Shown piece after piece: positions 18,663 through 28,663 of a stretch of 64,000 nucleotides of DNA (the stretch's first letter is position 1; each line of letters begins with the position of its first letter). The notes under the pieces are model-generated. The model was not told where the DNA came from. It was given only the letters and a program-made list of their open reading frames with translations, and made no database searches. Source of the DNA: an uncultured Gammaproteobacteria bacterium (lineage in GTDB: Bacteria; Patescibacteriota; Patescibacteriia; UBA1558; GWA2-36-10); assembly GCA_964638415.1 (NCBI GenBank), contig CAZWYP010000004.1:8498-72497 (forward strand), read 5' to 3'. The position numbers and the translations under genes are program-made.

Positions 18663-19457
18663 TTAACTAGCTAAACGATTACGAATGTCTATTAACTCTT
18701 GTTCACTTAAACGATTGATGGCTTCCTTATCTGCCTCTGGCTGATTAAGTAAGAATGTCCGAACTTCTTCCGGGCTTAATTCGGCAAAATCAACTTCTTC
18801 TGAACTTTGATTTTCTTCAGCCCAAGCGGAAACAATAATAATTAACTCTTCATCGGTTAGAGCATCAATTTCCGCTTGCGGCAAACCATTCTCCACCAAA
18901 AAACTTCTTAGTTGATTTAACGTGGCCTGCTGTAAAGTTAAATTGGGATCCAGCGCTACATCCTCTACGACTTCTGCCAATTTAGTATTTGGTGTAATTA
19001 AACGCAAAATATTACAATCCTCTCCCGTTGGACATAAGGGATCGTTGCCGGAATTCGCTTCCTGGTAATCGCTGAAACCATCACTATCAGTATCCGGCAA
19101 AAACATGCTGGTATGGAATTGGTAAACTTCCTGATAATCATTAAGTCCATCTTGATCAGTATCTTTTGACTTCAAATCAGCAATAATTTCCTCCTGGCTT
19201 TGGCCGGAATTGGCAAATTGAGCGGCAATTTCCGGCGGCAACTCATTATCCAAAGGCGCTTGTAATACTTGATACTTAAAATACCAGCCACTTAAAAAAA
19301 TCACACCGGCGCCAAGCAATAAAAATAGCCAAGCGGTTTTCCTTTTCCAAATCAAAGAGCCTTGGCTTGAAGAATAATCACCGGTTAAATAACCGGCAGT
19401 CAAATTCGATTTTTCCGCAAATGAATTTCTTTTATTTTGTGACAAATCTTTGGCCAT
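18663..19457 (-). CDS. Single-pass membrane protein with thrombospondin-type-3 / dockerin-like Ca-binding repeats
   Basis: TM helice WLFLLLGAGVIFLSGWYF. Repeats DTDQDGLNDYQE and DTDSDGFSDYQE. 8 bp upstream of the giant gene. Confidence 0.5.
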   Translation of the reverse strand: MAKDLSQNKRNSFAEKSNLTAGYLTGDYSSSQGSLIWKRKTAWLFLLLGAGVIFLSGWYFKYQVLQAPLDNELPPEIAAQFANSGQSQEEIIADLKSKDTDQDGLNDYQEVYQFHTSMFLPDTDSDGFSDYQEANSGNDPLCPTGEDCNILRLITPNTKLAEVVEDVALDPNLTLQQATLNQLRSFLVENGLPQAEIDALTDEELIIIVSAWAEENQSSEEVDFAELSPEEVRTFLLNQPEADKEAINRLSEQELIDIRNRLAS

Positions 19458-19555
19458 TAAGCCTAAATTAACTAGGCTAATTATAACATAAAATCAAAAC
19501 ATTTCAAAGATTTATTCTTTAACAATGCCGCTGTGAGTAAAAATTTATTAGCGGA

Positions 19556-20389
19556 TTATAAAATACCTGCCAAATCCAGCCAATTTTTAGTAGTCATATC
19601 CTCAGCTCGGATATTTAAATCCAAAGATAGTTGTTGAAAAACTTCTTTCAACTTAGCCTTATCAATATCCGGCAAAGCTGCTAAATTATTAAGTAATTTC
19701 TTTCTTTTGCTAGCAAAGCCTAGGTGAATAAGCTGCCAGACCCGTTTTTCCTCTGCTTTATAACTCCATGGTTTAATGTTTTTTATTCTCACAATAGCCG
19801 ACTCCACTTCTGGTTCAGGATAAAAACTAGCAGCTGGCACCAAATTTATTATCTCTGCCTGTCCGTAAAAATCCACCGCCAGTGACAACAAACTTTGTTT
19901 ATTATTTTTCTTGGCTATTCTTTCAGCCACTTCCCGCTGTAGTAATAAAACCATCATTTGTGGAGGAAACTGGGCGTTGATAAATTGAGGAATAATCTTC
20001 CCCGTTAAATAATAAGGGATATTAGCTACCACTTTATAGCTATTGATCTGGTAATCCAATCTAAGCTGCTGCCATTGAGCATCTGTTAAAGACAAGATAT
20101 CCTGCCAAAATATTTTTAAATTACCATTAACTGCCGCTAGATTATCTAAAATTGGACGAAAATTATTATCTACTTCAAAACTAATTATCTGCTTAGCTCG
20201 TTTTACTAATTCGCTGGTCAAAGCGCCCAAACCCGGTCCAACTTCCACTACTGTATCCTCTTGGTTAAGGGCGGCGGCGGCGACAATCTCTTGCAAAACT
20301 CCCTCATCTATTAAAAAATTCTGGCCCCGCAATTTATTGGGAGTCAGCTGGTATTTATTCAATAAAAATTTCAATTGAACTAAATCCAT
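19556..20389 (-). CDS. rsmA: 16S rRNA (adenine1518/1519-N6)-dimethyltransferase
   Basis: LRGQNFLIDEGVL, VVEVGPGLGALT, VVANIPYY motifs of KsgA/RsmA. Confidence 0.85.
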   Translation of the reverse strand: MDLVQLKFLLNKYQLTPNKLRGQNFLIDEGVLQEIVAAAALNQEDTVVEVGPGLGALTSELVKRAKQIISFEVDNNFRPILDNLAAVNGNLKIFWQDILSLTDAQWQQLRLDYQINSYKVVANIPYYLTGKIIPQFINAQFPPQMMVLLLQREVAERIAKKNNKQSLLSLAVDFYGQAEIINLVPAASFYPEPEVESAIVRIKNIKPWSYKAEEKRVWQLIHLGFASKRKKLLNNLAALPDIDKAKLKEVFQQLSLDLNIRAEDMTTKNWLDLAGIL

Positions 20390-20392
20390 AAT

Positions 20393-21556
20393 CTACAATA
20401 AAAGATAAAGCAAGGAGATAGCTCCAGCAAAAATGAAAATCAGTTTCATAGCAAAAATATCTCCGACCACAAATGTTAATAATAAATAAATAGCCAACAT
20501 GGTAAGAATTTTGCCAACTACTAAACTCATTTCAAACAGCACTATCTTATGCATAGTATGGTGGCGCCGGGATTCCTCATAAATAATTGCCATCATCGGC
20601 ACACCAATGACATTTCTAGCTAATTGAGCAAAAGAATTAACGAAAAATACACCAAACTGACTGGTAATAAACATTCGGAAAAACCAGGAAAAAGCGTAAA
20701 AACTTGCTCCCCAGCCTAAAATTTTGCGACGGTTAGCAAAATCAGATAATCGACCTATATATAAAGTAATCAATGAAGTAATTAAAATAGACAGGCCGAC
20801 AATTAAACCTAAGTCAAAAACATTTTCAATAATCACATAGATAAAAATCGGCCAAATAACCATTGAGACGAATTCTTCGCCAAAACCTAAGAAAGATAAA
20901 GCCACTCGGCGATTTTTTTTATCCAATAAATACTGGTAAGCTCCTGTATAGCTAAAAAACTTCTTTACTACTTTCTCCTTAGTAATCAAAGTGGGGACGT
21001 TGGACAATAAAAAAATCAAGGAAACAGTAATAAACAGGGCGCCATAACCCCAGATGGAAATAATAAAACCAGCCAGTATCGGTCCTAAAATATAAGCTAA
21101 GGAGGTTAAGATGGTAATACTACTTACTTCTCTGCCTTCTTCCTGATCATCGGAAAAATCGGCAAAGTCAGCATGATACGCCGGCCAATAAAACATCTTC
21201 TGCACGGCAAAAATTATCGGTGCAACATAGAATAGCCAAGGATATAAGTCAATTAAAAACAAGCTGGTATAAAAAACCATAAATAAGGCTGTTCCGAAAA
21301 ATATTCCTAATTCATAACCCTTACTATGGGCAAATTTCGCACCCAGCGGCATGATGAAAAAATAAACCACATAAGTCAATAAATAAAAAACCATGATTTC
21401 TTTTAGCGAATAACCGATCTGATACAAATAAATCGGCTCAAAGATTAAAACCATGGCTAAAGCGAAATTGACCAAAATGGTGGAAGCAAATAATTCTTTT
21501 ACTTCCCGCTTAATTCGATACGGCAATAAATTGTAAATAAAATTCTTATAGCTCAT
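20393..21556 (-). CDS. Polytopic membrane transporter, MFS-like (about 12 TM)
   Basis: Hydrophobicity pattern and length. No specific substrate signature. Confidence 0.45.
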   Translation of the reverse strand: MSYKNFIYNLLPYRIKREVKELFASTILVNFALAMVLIFEPIYLYQIGYSLKEIMVFYLLTYVVYFFIMPLGAKFAHSKGYELGIFFGTALFMVFYTSLFLIDLYPWLFYVAPIIFAVQKMFYWPAYHADFADFSDDQEEGREVSSITILTSLAYILGPILAGFIISIWGYGALFITVSLIFLLSNVPTLITKEKVVKKFFSYTGAYQYLLDKKNRRVALSFLGFGEEFVSMVIWPIFIYVIIENVFDLGLIVGLSILITSLITLYIGRLSDFANRRKILGWGASFYAFSWFFRMFITSQFGVFFVNSFAQLARNVIGVPMMAIIYEESRRHHTMHKIVLFEMSLVVGKILTMLAIYLLLTFVVGDIFAMKLIFIFAGAISLLYLLL

Positions 21557-22167
21557 TTTATTTTTATTTTCAAGCCGCCTTGGCGCAAAAGCTCTAATTT
21601 ATTATCATGCGTGCATTTAATAATAGTGGTCGGCTGGCGATGCGGTAGTTCTCCGGCATTGATAAATAAATCGGGCTGCATTGGAGCATGAATAAATTGT
21701 TCGTAAATCTCTCGGGGAGAATAGCAATTCGGCTGACCAGATAAATTAGCGGAAGTAGCTACTAATACCTTGCCATAATTGCTAATTAAAGATTGCACAA
21801 ACTTATGGTTGGATACTCTTAGAGCCAGATAATCATCATAACAGATGCCCCAATTGCAATAGCGATAAGGTAAAACTAAAGTTAGAGGTCCGGGCCAATA
21901 CTGCATAGCTAGCCTTAAACCTTTTTCTGGAAATTCCACCAAGGTAGAAGCAGTCACAATATTAGGCACAATTACCGGCAATGGTTTTTTTCTTTCCCTG
22001 GTTTTAATATCGTAAATTTTCTTCAAGGCTTTGCGGTTAAAATACTCACAGCCTAAGCCATAAGAAGTCTCCGTCGGATAAATTATTACCCCACCAGCAT
22101 TTAAGCAGGCAATTGCCTCCTGCAACACTTCTATCTTGTTATCTTTGGTTAATTTTATTTCCTTCAT
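21553..22167 (-). CDS. tsaC: L-threonylcarbamoyladenylate synthase (YrdC/TsaC/Sua5 family)
   Basis: IYPTETSYGLGCEY, KPLPVIV, WPGPLTLVLP resemble the YrdC fold. Confidence 0.7.
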   Translation of the reverse strand: MKEIKLTKDNKIEVLQEAIACLNAGGVIIYPTETSYGLGCEYFNRKALKKIYDIKTRERKKPLPVIVPNIVTASTLVEFPEKGLRLAMQYWPGPLTLVLPYRYCNWGICYDDYLALRVSNHKFVQSLISNYGKVLVATSANLSGQPNCYSPREIYEQFIHAPMQPDLFINAGELPHRQPTTIIKCTHDNKLELLRQGGLKIKIK

Positions 22168-22184
22168 TCAATTTTATTTTTGTT

Positions 22185-24683
22185 TTAAATCACAATACTA
22201 ATAATCTTATTCTTAATATGAATATATTTTTTAATTGCCTGATCTTTAATAAAAGACTGTACGCGCGGCAAGGATAACACTTGCTGTCGGATGCTTTCAC
22301 TATCTTCGGCGTCATGCGGCAGATTTATTTCTTCGCGAACTTTGCCGTTGATTTGAATAGCTAAAACCACCGTCTGTGCTTGTGCTAATCGCTTATCATA
22401 TTCAGGCCAAGTAGCTTTGGCTAAGCTTTGTTTATTGCCGGCTTGCTCATAAAGCTCTTCCGCTAAGTGAGGAGCAAATACTGATAACATCAAAACAAAT
22501 TTTAACCAGATTTCTTGGCTAACCTTGGGCAACTTATCTAAATAATTAGCTAAAATCATCAATTGGGAAATAGCAGTATTGAATTTCATCTGCTCAATAT
22601 CATCAGTTACTTTCTTGATAGTCTGATGCAATAGTGACGTTAATTCTGAATTATCCTCTGACTTATTTTCTTTAACAACCTTAAACTGCAATTCCCAAAC
22701 TTTATTCAAGAAGCGATAAACACCAATCACTCCCTTGTCATCCCAGGGAATAGCTTGATCAAATGGGCCCATGAACATTTCATAAACACGCAAAGTATCT
22801 GCTCCGTATTTATTGACATAATCATCGGGGTTAATAACATTGCCTTTGGACTTGGACATTTTGACTCCGCCTTCGCCTAAAATCAGGCCATGGGCAGTGC
22901 GCTTAGCATAAGGCTCGTCCCCCACTTCTTTGGGAATTACTTTAATATCATACAAAAATTTAAAAATAAAACGAGAGTACAGTAAGTGCAAAGTGGTGTG
23001 CTCCATGCCGCCATTATACCAATCTACCGGCAGCCAGTATTTCATATTTTCTGCTGATGCTAAAGCCTGGTTGTTCTTAGGATCAGTGTAGCGGATAAAA
23101 TACCAATTAGAGCCTGCCCAATTAGGCATGACATCAGTTTCCCGGCGAGCAGGTTTATTGCATTGCGGACATTTAGTTTTAATCCAATTCTCAACTTTAG
23201 CTAATGGAGAATCGCCATTTTCCGTCGGCAGAAAATCTTTCACCTTAGGCAGTTTAACCGGCAATTCTTTTTCCGGCACTGGCTGCCAACCGCAAGCTGA
23301 ACAATGAACCATGGGAATCGGCTCTCCCCAATATCTTTGGCGAGAAAAAATCCAATCTCGCAGCTTGTAATTTACTTTTTTACTACCAAATTCTTTAGTG
23401 ATTTTAATAGCTGCCTCAGCTGAAGCCAGGCCATTATATTTACCGGAGTTTATTAAGCTGCCGTCGGCAATATAAACTCTTTGGCCAGCATGGATATCAT
23501 CTAAAATCTGCTGCGGGTTTTCATTGGGGTTTACTCCGACTAATTTCAGCAATTCATTGCTAACCTTATCAACGGGAGAAATAACGCATTTAACTGGTAA
23601 TTGGTATTTTTGCGCAAAAGCAAAATCCCGCTCATCATGAGCTGGTACCGCCATAATTGCTCCCGTGCCGTAAGAGCCTAGAACATAATCTGCCAGCCAA
23701 ACCGGAATACTCTCACCATTAGCCGGATTGATTGCCTTAATCTCAGTATCCACCCCTGTCTTTTCTTTAGCTATATCTTGCCTTTCTACATCTGATTTCT
23801 TCCTAGCCTTTTCTAAATAAGCCAAAACTTGCTTATTAGCTTGCCAACCCAAAGCAATCCACTGCTGAGCTAATTCAGGAGAAATAACCAAAAAAGTGGC
23901 GCCAAATAAAGTATCCGGCCGGGAAGTAAAAACTTCCACTTGATGCTTATTATCTGCCTGGCCGTCAATATTCTGCAAACTGAATTTAATCAGCGCTCCT
24001 TCTGAGCGGCCAATCCAATTAACTTGCTGCTGCTTAATCTGCGGCAGAAAATCCACTTTATCCAAACCACTAATCAGGCGATCAGCATACTTGGTAATCT
24101 TCAGCATCCACTGCTCTTTTTCTTTTTTAATCACCTGTCCGCCACAGCGTTCGCAAACGCCGTTAACCACCTCTTCATTGGCTAAACCGATTTTACAAGA
24201 AGTACACCAGTTAATATTTTCTTTAGCTTTATACGCCAAACCCTGTTTGAACAGCTGAATGAAAATCCACTGCGTCCACTGATAATAATCCTCATCAGTA
24301 GTGGAAAAAGACCGCGACCAGTCAAAACTAAAACCAGAGCTTTTCAATTGGCGAGTAAAATTCTTAATATTAGCCTTGGTGGTTAATTGGGGAGCAATGC
24401 CTTTTTTGACGGCATAATTTTCTGCCGGCAAGCCGAAAGAGTCAAAACCAATTGGATACAGCACTTCATAACCAGCCAAACGCCGTTGGCGGGCAATAAT
24501 ATCCATAGCGGTATTGGATCGTAAATGCCCGGTATGCAAGCCTTCGCCTGACGGATAAGGAAATTCAATTAAAGCATAAAATTTCCGCTGACGCGGATTT
24601 ACTTTAGCGGCAAATACTTTTTTCTCTTCCCAAATCTTCTGCCACTTCTTTTCTATTTTTTTCGGTTGGTATTTTATTGGCAT
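22185..24683 (-). CDS. leuS: Leucine--tRNA ligase
   Basis: KYQPKKIEKKWQKIWEE N-terminus, HTGHLRSNTAMD (HIGH-type) motif, KMSKSKGN motif. Start probably at ATG 24683 rather than 24704. Confidence 0.9.
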   Translation of the reverse strand: MPIKYQPKKIEKKWQKIWEEKKVFAAKVNPRQRKFYALIEFPYPSGEGLHTGHLRSNTAMDIIARQRRLAGYEVLYPIGFDSFGLPAENYAVKKGIAPQLTTKANIKNFTRQLKSSGFSFDWSRSFSTTDEDYYQWTQWIFIQLFKQGLAYKAKENINWCTSCKIGLANEEVVNGVCERCGGQVIKKEKEQWMLKITKYADRLISGLDKVDFLPQIKQQQVNWIGRSEGALIKFSLQNIDGQADNKHQVEVFTSRPDTLFGATFLVISPELAQQWIALGWQANKQVLAYLEKARKKSDVERQDIAKEKTGVDTEIKAINPANGESIPVWLADYVLGSYGTGAIMAVPAHDERDFAFAQKYQLPVKCVISPVDKVSNELLKLVGVNPNENPQQILDDIHAGQRVYIADGSLINSGKYNGLASAEAAIKITKEFGSKKVNYKLRDWIFSRQRYWGEPIPMVHCSACGWQPVPEKELPVKLPKVKDFLPTENGDSPLAKVENWIKTKCPQCNKPARRETDVMPNWAGSNWYFIRYTDPKNNQALASAENMKYWLPVDWYNGGMEHTTLHLLYSRFIFKFLYDIKVIPKEVGDEPYAKRTAHGLILGEGGVKMSKSKGNVINPDDYVNKYGADTLRVYEMFMGPFDQAIPWDDKGVIGVYRFLNKVWELQFKVVKENKSEDNSELTSLLHQTIKKVTDDIEQMKFNTAISQLMILANYLDKLPKVSQEIWLKFVLMLSVFAPHLAEELYEQAGNKQSLAKATWPEYDKRLAQAQTVVLAIQINGKVREEINLPHDAEDSESIRQQVLSLPRVQSFIKDQAIKKYIHIKNKIISIVI

Positions 24684-24972
24684 TAAAACAATGATTATAG
24701 GCAAATTTTAGCACTAAAACCTTAAAAAATCAAATAAAAAAGATTTATGCTTAATTGACATTTTGGCCAAATTTTGCTATTTTATCTTTTACTTATATGT
24801 TAAAATTAATAAGCTTTAAGTTATAAAACTTATTAGTAATAATCTGAAAAAAATATTAGCCAGAATTGCCCTCAAGACTCTTGATGGCGTAATTAAGCTG
24901 CGCGGTCCGTTAAAAACCTTAGGCGCCAAGCTTTGGTTTCTGCTCAAGCCCTTAGCTAAGCTTATTTTCATC

Positions 24973-26184
24973 TTGCTGATTCTGCCTAGCTACCAATTGT
25001 TTACCCGCCTTAAAAAGAAAGTAAAAATTGTTAAAAAAACAGAAATAAAGTATCTGCTGTTTATTAAAAAATACGCTGCCCGCATTCTAATCTTCCTGAT
25101 TGTCTTAATCGTCACTACCAATAATATCTTCGCCAAAGGCTATAGCCCGGATGAAATTACCAATAAAAGTCTGTTGATAAAAATAGTCTCTCCGCCGGAA
25201 GAAAGATTCAATGAATTGATTGAAGAGGAAAGTAGCAGTGCCAGCGCTCCTTTAGCTATAAACTATGCTACTGAGCAGGGTAACTTGCAGGAAAATGTCA
25301 TTACCACTCCTTTTCCGGAAGATCCGGTTATTGCCGAGAATAATAATGTTTCTCCGGATGCTTCCAGCTTGGTGATGAATGAGCCTCTAGAAGAAGGCAG
25401 CGGCGACGCAGTAATTACCGACCGGACAGAAACTGTTGAATATACCGTGCAGGAAGGCGATGTTTTAGGCGCTATTGCCGAAAGATTTGAAATCAGCGTT
25501 AACACCATCCTCTGGGAAAACAATCTGACCTGGAACAGCACTATCCGTCCCGGCCAAAAACTGCGCATTCCGCCCGGCACCGGTATCAGTTATACCGTGG
25601 CCTCTGGCGATACAGTTTTGGGCATTGCTAAAAAATACCAAGCTGATGCCGACCAGATTATTAATATCAATAAATTAGCCAGCGCTACCGACATTAAAGC
25701 GGGACAAAAGCTTTTTATTCCTAATGGTATTAAACCGACGCAAGTCACTTCTTCTTACAAGCCACGTACTGCACCTACTTATGAGCCAAGACCAACTGTT
25801 ACGGAAACACCAGTGGATAGTGGTGCTAAATTGCTATGGCCAACTGACAGCCAGCGCATTACCCAGTATTTCAGTTTGCGCCATACTGGCTTAGATATTG
25901 GCAATAAAACCGGCAATCCAATTTACGCAGCGGAAAGCGGCAAGGTGGAAAAAGCCGGCTGGAATAGTGGCGGTTATGGCAACTATGTGATTATTAACCA
26001 TGGCAATGGCTTAACCACTCTTTATGCTCATGCCAGTAAATTATATGTCTCCGCTGGTGATACTGTAGCCAGAGGCGATCTAATTGCCGCCGTCGGTAAC
26101 ACTGGACGCTCTACCGGTCCCCATTTGCACTTTGAGGTTAGATCTAATGATAGTCGGACCAATCCGTTAAACTATGTGAAATAA
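24973..26184 (+). CDS. Membrane-anchored peptidoglycan hydrolase: 2x LysM + M23 (LytM-type) metallopeptidase
   Basis: Two LysM repeats (YTVQEGDVLGAIAERF..., YTVASGDTVLGIAKKY...). C-terminal M23 motifs HTGLDIG, YGNYVIINHGNG, GNTGRSTGPHLHFEV. The frame has no upstream ATG before the TM helix, so the start is TTG 24973 or another non-ATG codon. Confidence 0.8.
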   Translation: MLILPSYQLFTRLKKKVKIVKKTEIKYLLFIKKYAARILIFLIVLIVTTNNIFAKGYSPDEITNKSLLIKIVSPPEERFNELIEEESSSASAPLAINYATEQGNLQENVITTPFPEDPVIAENNNVSPDASSLVMNEPLEEGSGDAVITDRTETVEYTVQEGDVLGAIAERFEISVNTILWENNLTWNSTIRPGQKLRIPPGTGISYTVASGDTVLGIAKKYQADADQIININKLASATDIKAGQKLFIPNGIKPTQVTSSYKPRTAPTYEPRPTVTETPVDSGAKLLWPTDSQRITQYFSLRHTGLDIGNKTGNPIYAAESGKVEKAGWNSGGYGNYVIINHGNGLTTLYAHASKLYVSAGDTVARGDLIAAVGNTGRSTGPHLHFEVRSNDSRTNPLNYVK

Positions 26185-26214
26185 AAAAACACCCTTCTAA
26201 TAAGGGTGTTTTTA
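26182..26214. terminator. Bidirectional intrinsic terminator between convergent genes
   Basis: AAAAAAACACCCTT-CTAATA-AGGGTGTTTTTATTT: stem flanked by an A-run and a T-run. Confidence 0.6.
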
Positions 26215-26215
26215 T

Positions 26216-27109
26216 TTACTGTAATATTTTCCACTCATTATCTATCTTTTCCAGTCTAGTGCTACCCTCCTGGTACAACTGGTCATCGGTATATACTTTA
26301 GTGGCAATAGTGATGGTGTCTGGATATTCTTCGGGGGTTTCGGTGACTACTTCAATCTTCACTTTCTTGAATTCAAAAGCATATTGGTATAAGGCTAAGA
26401 AACTGGCCGGATCAGCAATAATTTCTGCATAAGATGGATTATTAGGAGAAATAATTCTAACTAATAAATCTGTATCATTATTGTTAATGGCATAAGCCAT
26501 CGCATCGGCGGTATTCTGGGCAGTGGCTAAATTAAATTCCGTGGTGTTAGAAGAATTATTTTCTGTTGGTGGTGTAGTAATGGGATTTAATAACCCAGAT
26601 CCCAAAGGATTGTAGCCATTAGCCACTTCCTGTCCGTCTAGATAAGTATCGTCATCGGAATCTGAATCTGCTGGATCGGTATTGTATAAAACTTCATCTT
26701 TATCACTCAAACCATCCTGATCACTGTCTATAGTATCTTCTGGTAAAACTGGAGACTCATCGCTGATAATAGGATTAGACTGATCTTCTGCTGGTAAATT
26801 ATTTTCCTCCTGGACTGTGTTGTCTGTATTATTAGAAACTACCGGAGTCTGGATGGAGTTGGACAGCCAGTTATCATAATACCACCAGCCGCCCCAGGCT
26901 CCGCCAATTACTATTAAAGCGATCAACAAAGAAAATAACATTTTCTTCTGGCTGGCTTTTTTCTCTTCACTTAATACCCTAGCTGGCTTGTCTTTAATAA
27001 TTTCAGATTGTGTGGGATCAAATTGCTGGCCAAAAGGCTTGCCGGGCTCGCTTTGCTGGGAAGGTGGCAAGGTGCTATTTACTTCTTTCTCTATTTTATT
27101 AAATTCCAT
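26216..27109 (-). CDS. Single-pass membrane protein with thrombospondin-type-3 / dockerin-like Ca-binding repeats (paralog-like of 18663..19457)
   Basis: TM LFSLLIALIVIGGAWGGWWYY. Repeats DSDQDGLSDKDE and DSDSDDDTYLDGQE. Confidence 0.5.
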   Translation of the reverse strand: MEFNKIEKEVNSTLPPSQQSEPGKPFGQQFDPTQSEIIKDKPARVLSEEKKASQKKMLFSLLIALIVIGGAWGGWWYYDNWLSNSIQTPVVSNNTDNTVQEENNLPAEDQSNPIISDESPVLPEDTIDSDQDGLSDKDEVLYNTDPADSDSDDDTYLDGQEVANGYNPLGSGLLNPITTPPTENNSSNTTEFNLATAQNTADAMAYAINNNDTDLLVRIISPNNPSYAEIIADPASFLALYQYAFEFKKVKIEVVTETPEEYPDTITIATKVYTDDQLYQEGSTRLEKIDNEWKILQ

Positions 27110-27163
27110 AAAACAATAACTATTGATTAACTATCAGTAATTTTAACATAAATCACTGATATA

Positions 27164-27196
27164 GAAAAACAACCCTGGATTAATTCTCAGGGTTGT
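27164..27196 (-). terminator. Intrinsic terminator downstream of the antiporter gene
   Basis: CAACCCTGG-loop-CAGGGTTG followed by a T-run on the minus strand. Confidence 0.55.
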
Positions 27197-27207
27197 TTCT
27201 AGAAAAT

Positions 27208-28512
27208 CTAAGCGGCCGGCAGCTTAGCTTGGCGCTCAATCTCCCGTTCAAAGGTAATAGCGCCAACAACAGTAACTAGGATAACCGCCAATAAGGCAGC
27301 GGCGGCAAAGGTTTCATCCAAAGCATGGTAAGTTAAAGCTACTGCTACGAAGACAAGTCCGACTTCACCGCGAATAGCCATAGCCAAACCGACTAATTTG
27401 CCATCCAGAGGCTTCTTTGGGAAAAGATATTTAACGGCATACTTGCCAAAGAAAGCAATCACCGTGAACAGCAAGGCCCATAGCCAAACTTTCCAGTCAA
27501 TCACTGCAGAGCGCGGCAGCATGGTGCCAATGCTGACCAAAAATCCGCCGACAAAAATATGCATATAACCCTCGATCTTCTCCCAGGCTTCATGCTTTAA
27601 TTTATTGTCAACTTTGGACAGCACTACGCCGATACCAAAAGCTCCCAAAACCGGTTCTAAACCGATCATTGCTGCTAAGGCGCCGCCCAATACCAGCATG
27701 CCGAAAAAGAATCTGGTACCAATGCCGGTGCTGTTGGCAGCATACTGGCGATTGAGGTAACTGGCAATTTTGTCGCCAATTCCCCATTGCCATAATAGAT
27801 AAGTACCGATCAAAAAAGCCAATACGGCAATGGTCAAGGCTACAAAAGGATTAAGCCCGCCAGCAGCATGAGCAGCGTCAGCAGCCGACATTTTAGCCAG
27901 CACTGTCAAAATAATAACGCCCAAAATGTCGTCGATAACAGCGGCACCGACTATCTGATTGCCTAAGTTAGTTTCCAAACGGCCAGCGCGCTTCAAAGCC
28001 TCTACCGACAAACCAACTGAGGTGGCAGTGAATACGCCGCCTAAGAAAATGCTGGAAATCAAACTAATATCCAGCAGATAATAACCCAATAGGGTAAAGG
28101 TTATTAGGGGAACCAAAACGCCGACAAAGGCCACTACGGTGGAAATAACGAAATTCTTTTTCAAGAGTTCCATGTCAAAATGCAAGCCGGCTTCAAAAAG
28201 GATAAACAGCACGCCGGTCAAACGCGCCAATTCCACTCCTAAAGCATCAGGCTGCAACACATTCATCACCGCCGGACCCGCTAACACACCCATAACTATC
28301 TTGCCGGCCATTGGCGCAATGCCAAAAGCCTTAGCTAGCTTGCCGCCAAACGTGGCAAAAAGAGCTAAGCCGGCAACATCTACCAGCATTACCATGATCT
28401 CACTAATTTCATGGTGTTCGCTCAAGCCTAAGCGCTCTTTAACGTAATACAAAATTACGCTTAAGATTGCCACTTCCAAAATGAAAGCGATGAATGATTT
28501 GATTTTCCCCAT
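27208..28512 (-). CDS. Monovalent cation:proton antiporter (CPA1/CPA2, NhaP/Kef-type)
   Basis: 434 aa, about 12 TM, Gly-rich helices typical of the Na_H_Exchanger fold. Confidence 0.6.
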   Translation of the reverse strand: MGKIKSFIAFILEVAILSVILYYVKERLGLSEHHEISEIMVMLVDVAGLALFATFGGKLAKAFGIAPMAGKIVMGVLAGPAVMNVLQPDALGVELARLTGVLFILFEAGLHFDMELLKKNFVISTVVAFVGVLVPLITFTLLGYYLLDISLISSIFLGGVFTATSVGLSVEALKRAGRLETNLGNQIVGAAVIDDILGVIILTVLAKMSAADAAHAAGGLNPFVALTIAVLAFLIGTYLLWQWGIGDKIASYLNRQYAANSTGIGTRFFFGMLVLGGALAAMIGLEPVLGAFGIGVVLSKVDNKLKHEAWEKIEGYMHIFVGGFLVSIGTMLPRSAVIDWKVWLWALLFTVIAFFGKYAVKYLFPKKPLDGKLVGLAMAIRGEVGLVFVAVALTYHALDETFAAAALLAVILVTVVGAITFEREIERQAKLPAA

Positions 28513-28604
28513 AAATTGTCCTCAGTTAATGATTAAGAACGCGTGAGCTAAAAACAAGCAACACGGCGAAGAATATTATAGAGGAAAAAATAAAAAAATC
28601 AAGA

Positions 28605-28642
28605 GCAAAAATAATCCCGTAGTTAAAGACGGGATTATTTTT
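28605..28642 (-). terminator. Intrinsic terminator-like hairpin downstream of the DUF378 gene
   Basis: AATCCCGT-AGTTAAAG-ACGGGATT with flanking A-run and T-run. Confidence 0.45.
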
Positions 28643-28663
28643 ATGACTTAAAGCTAATTTTTC

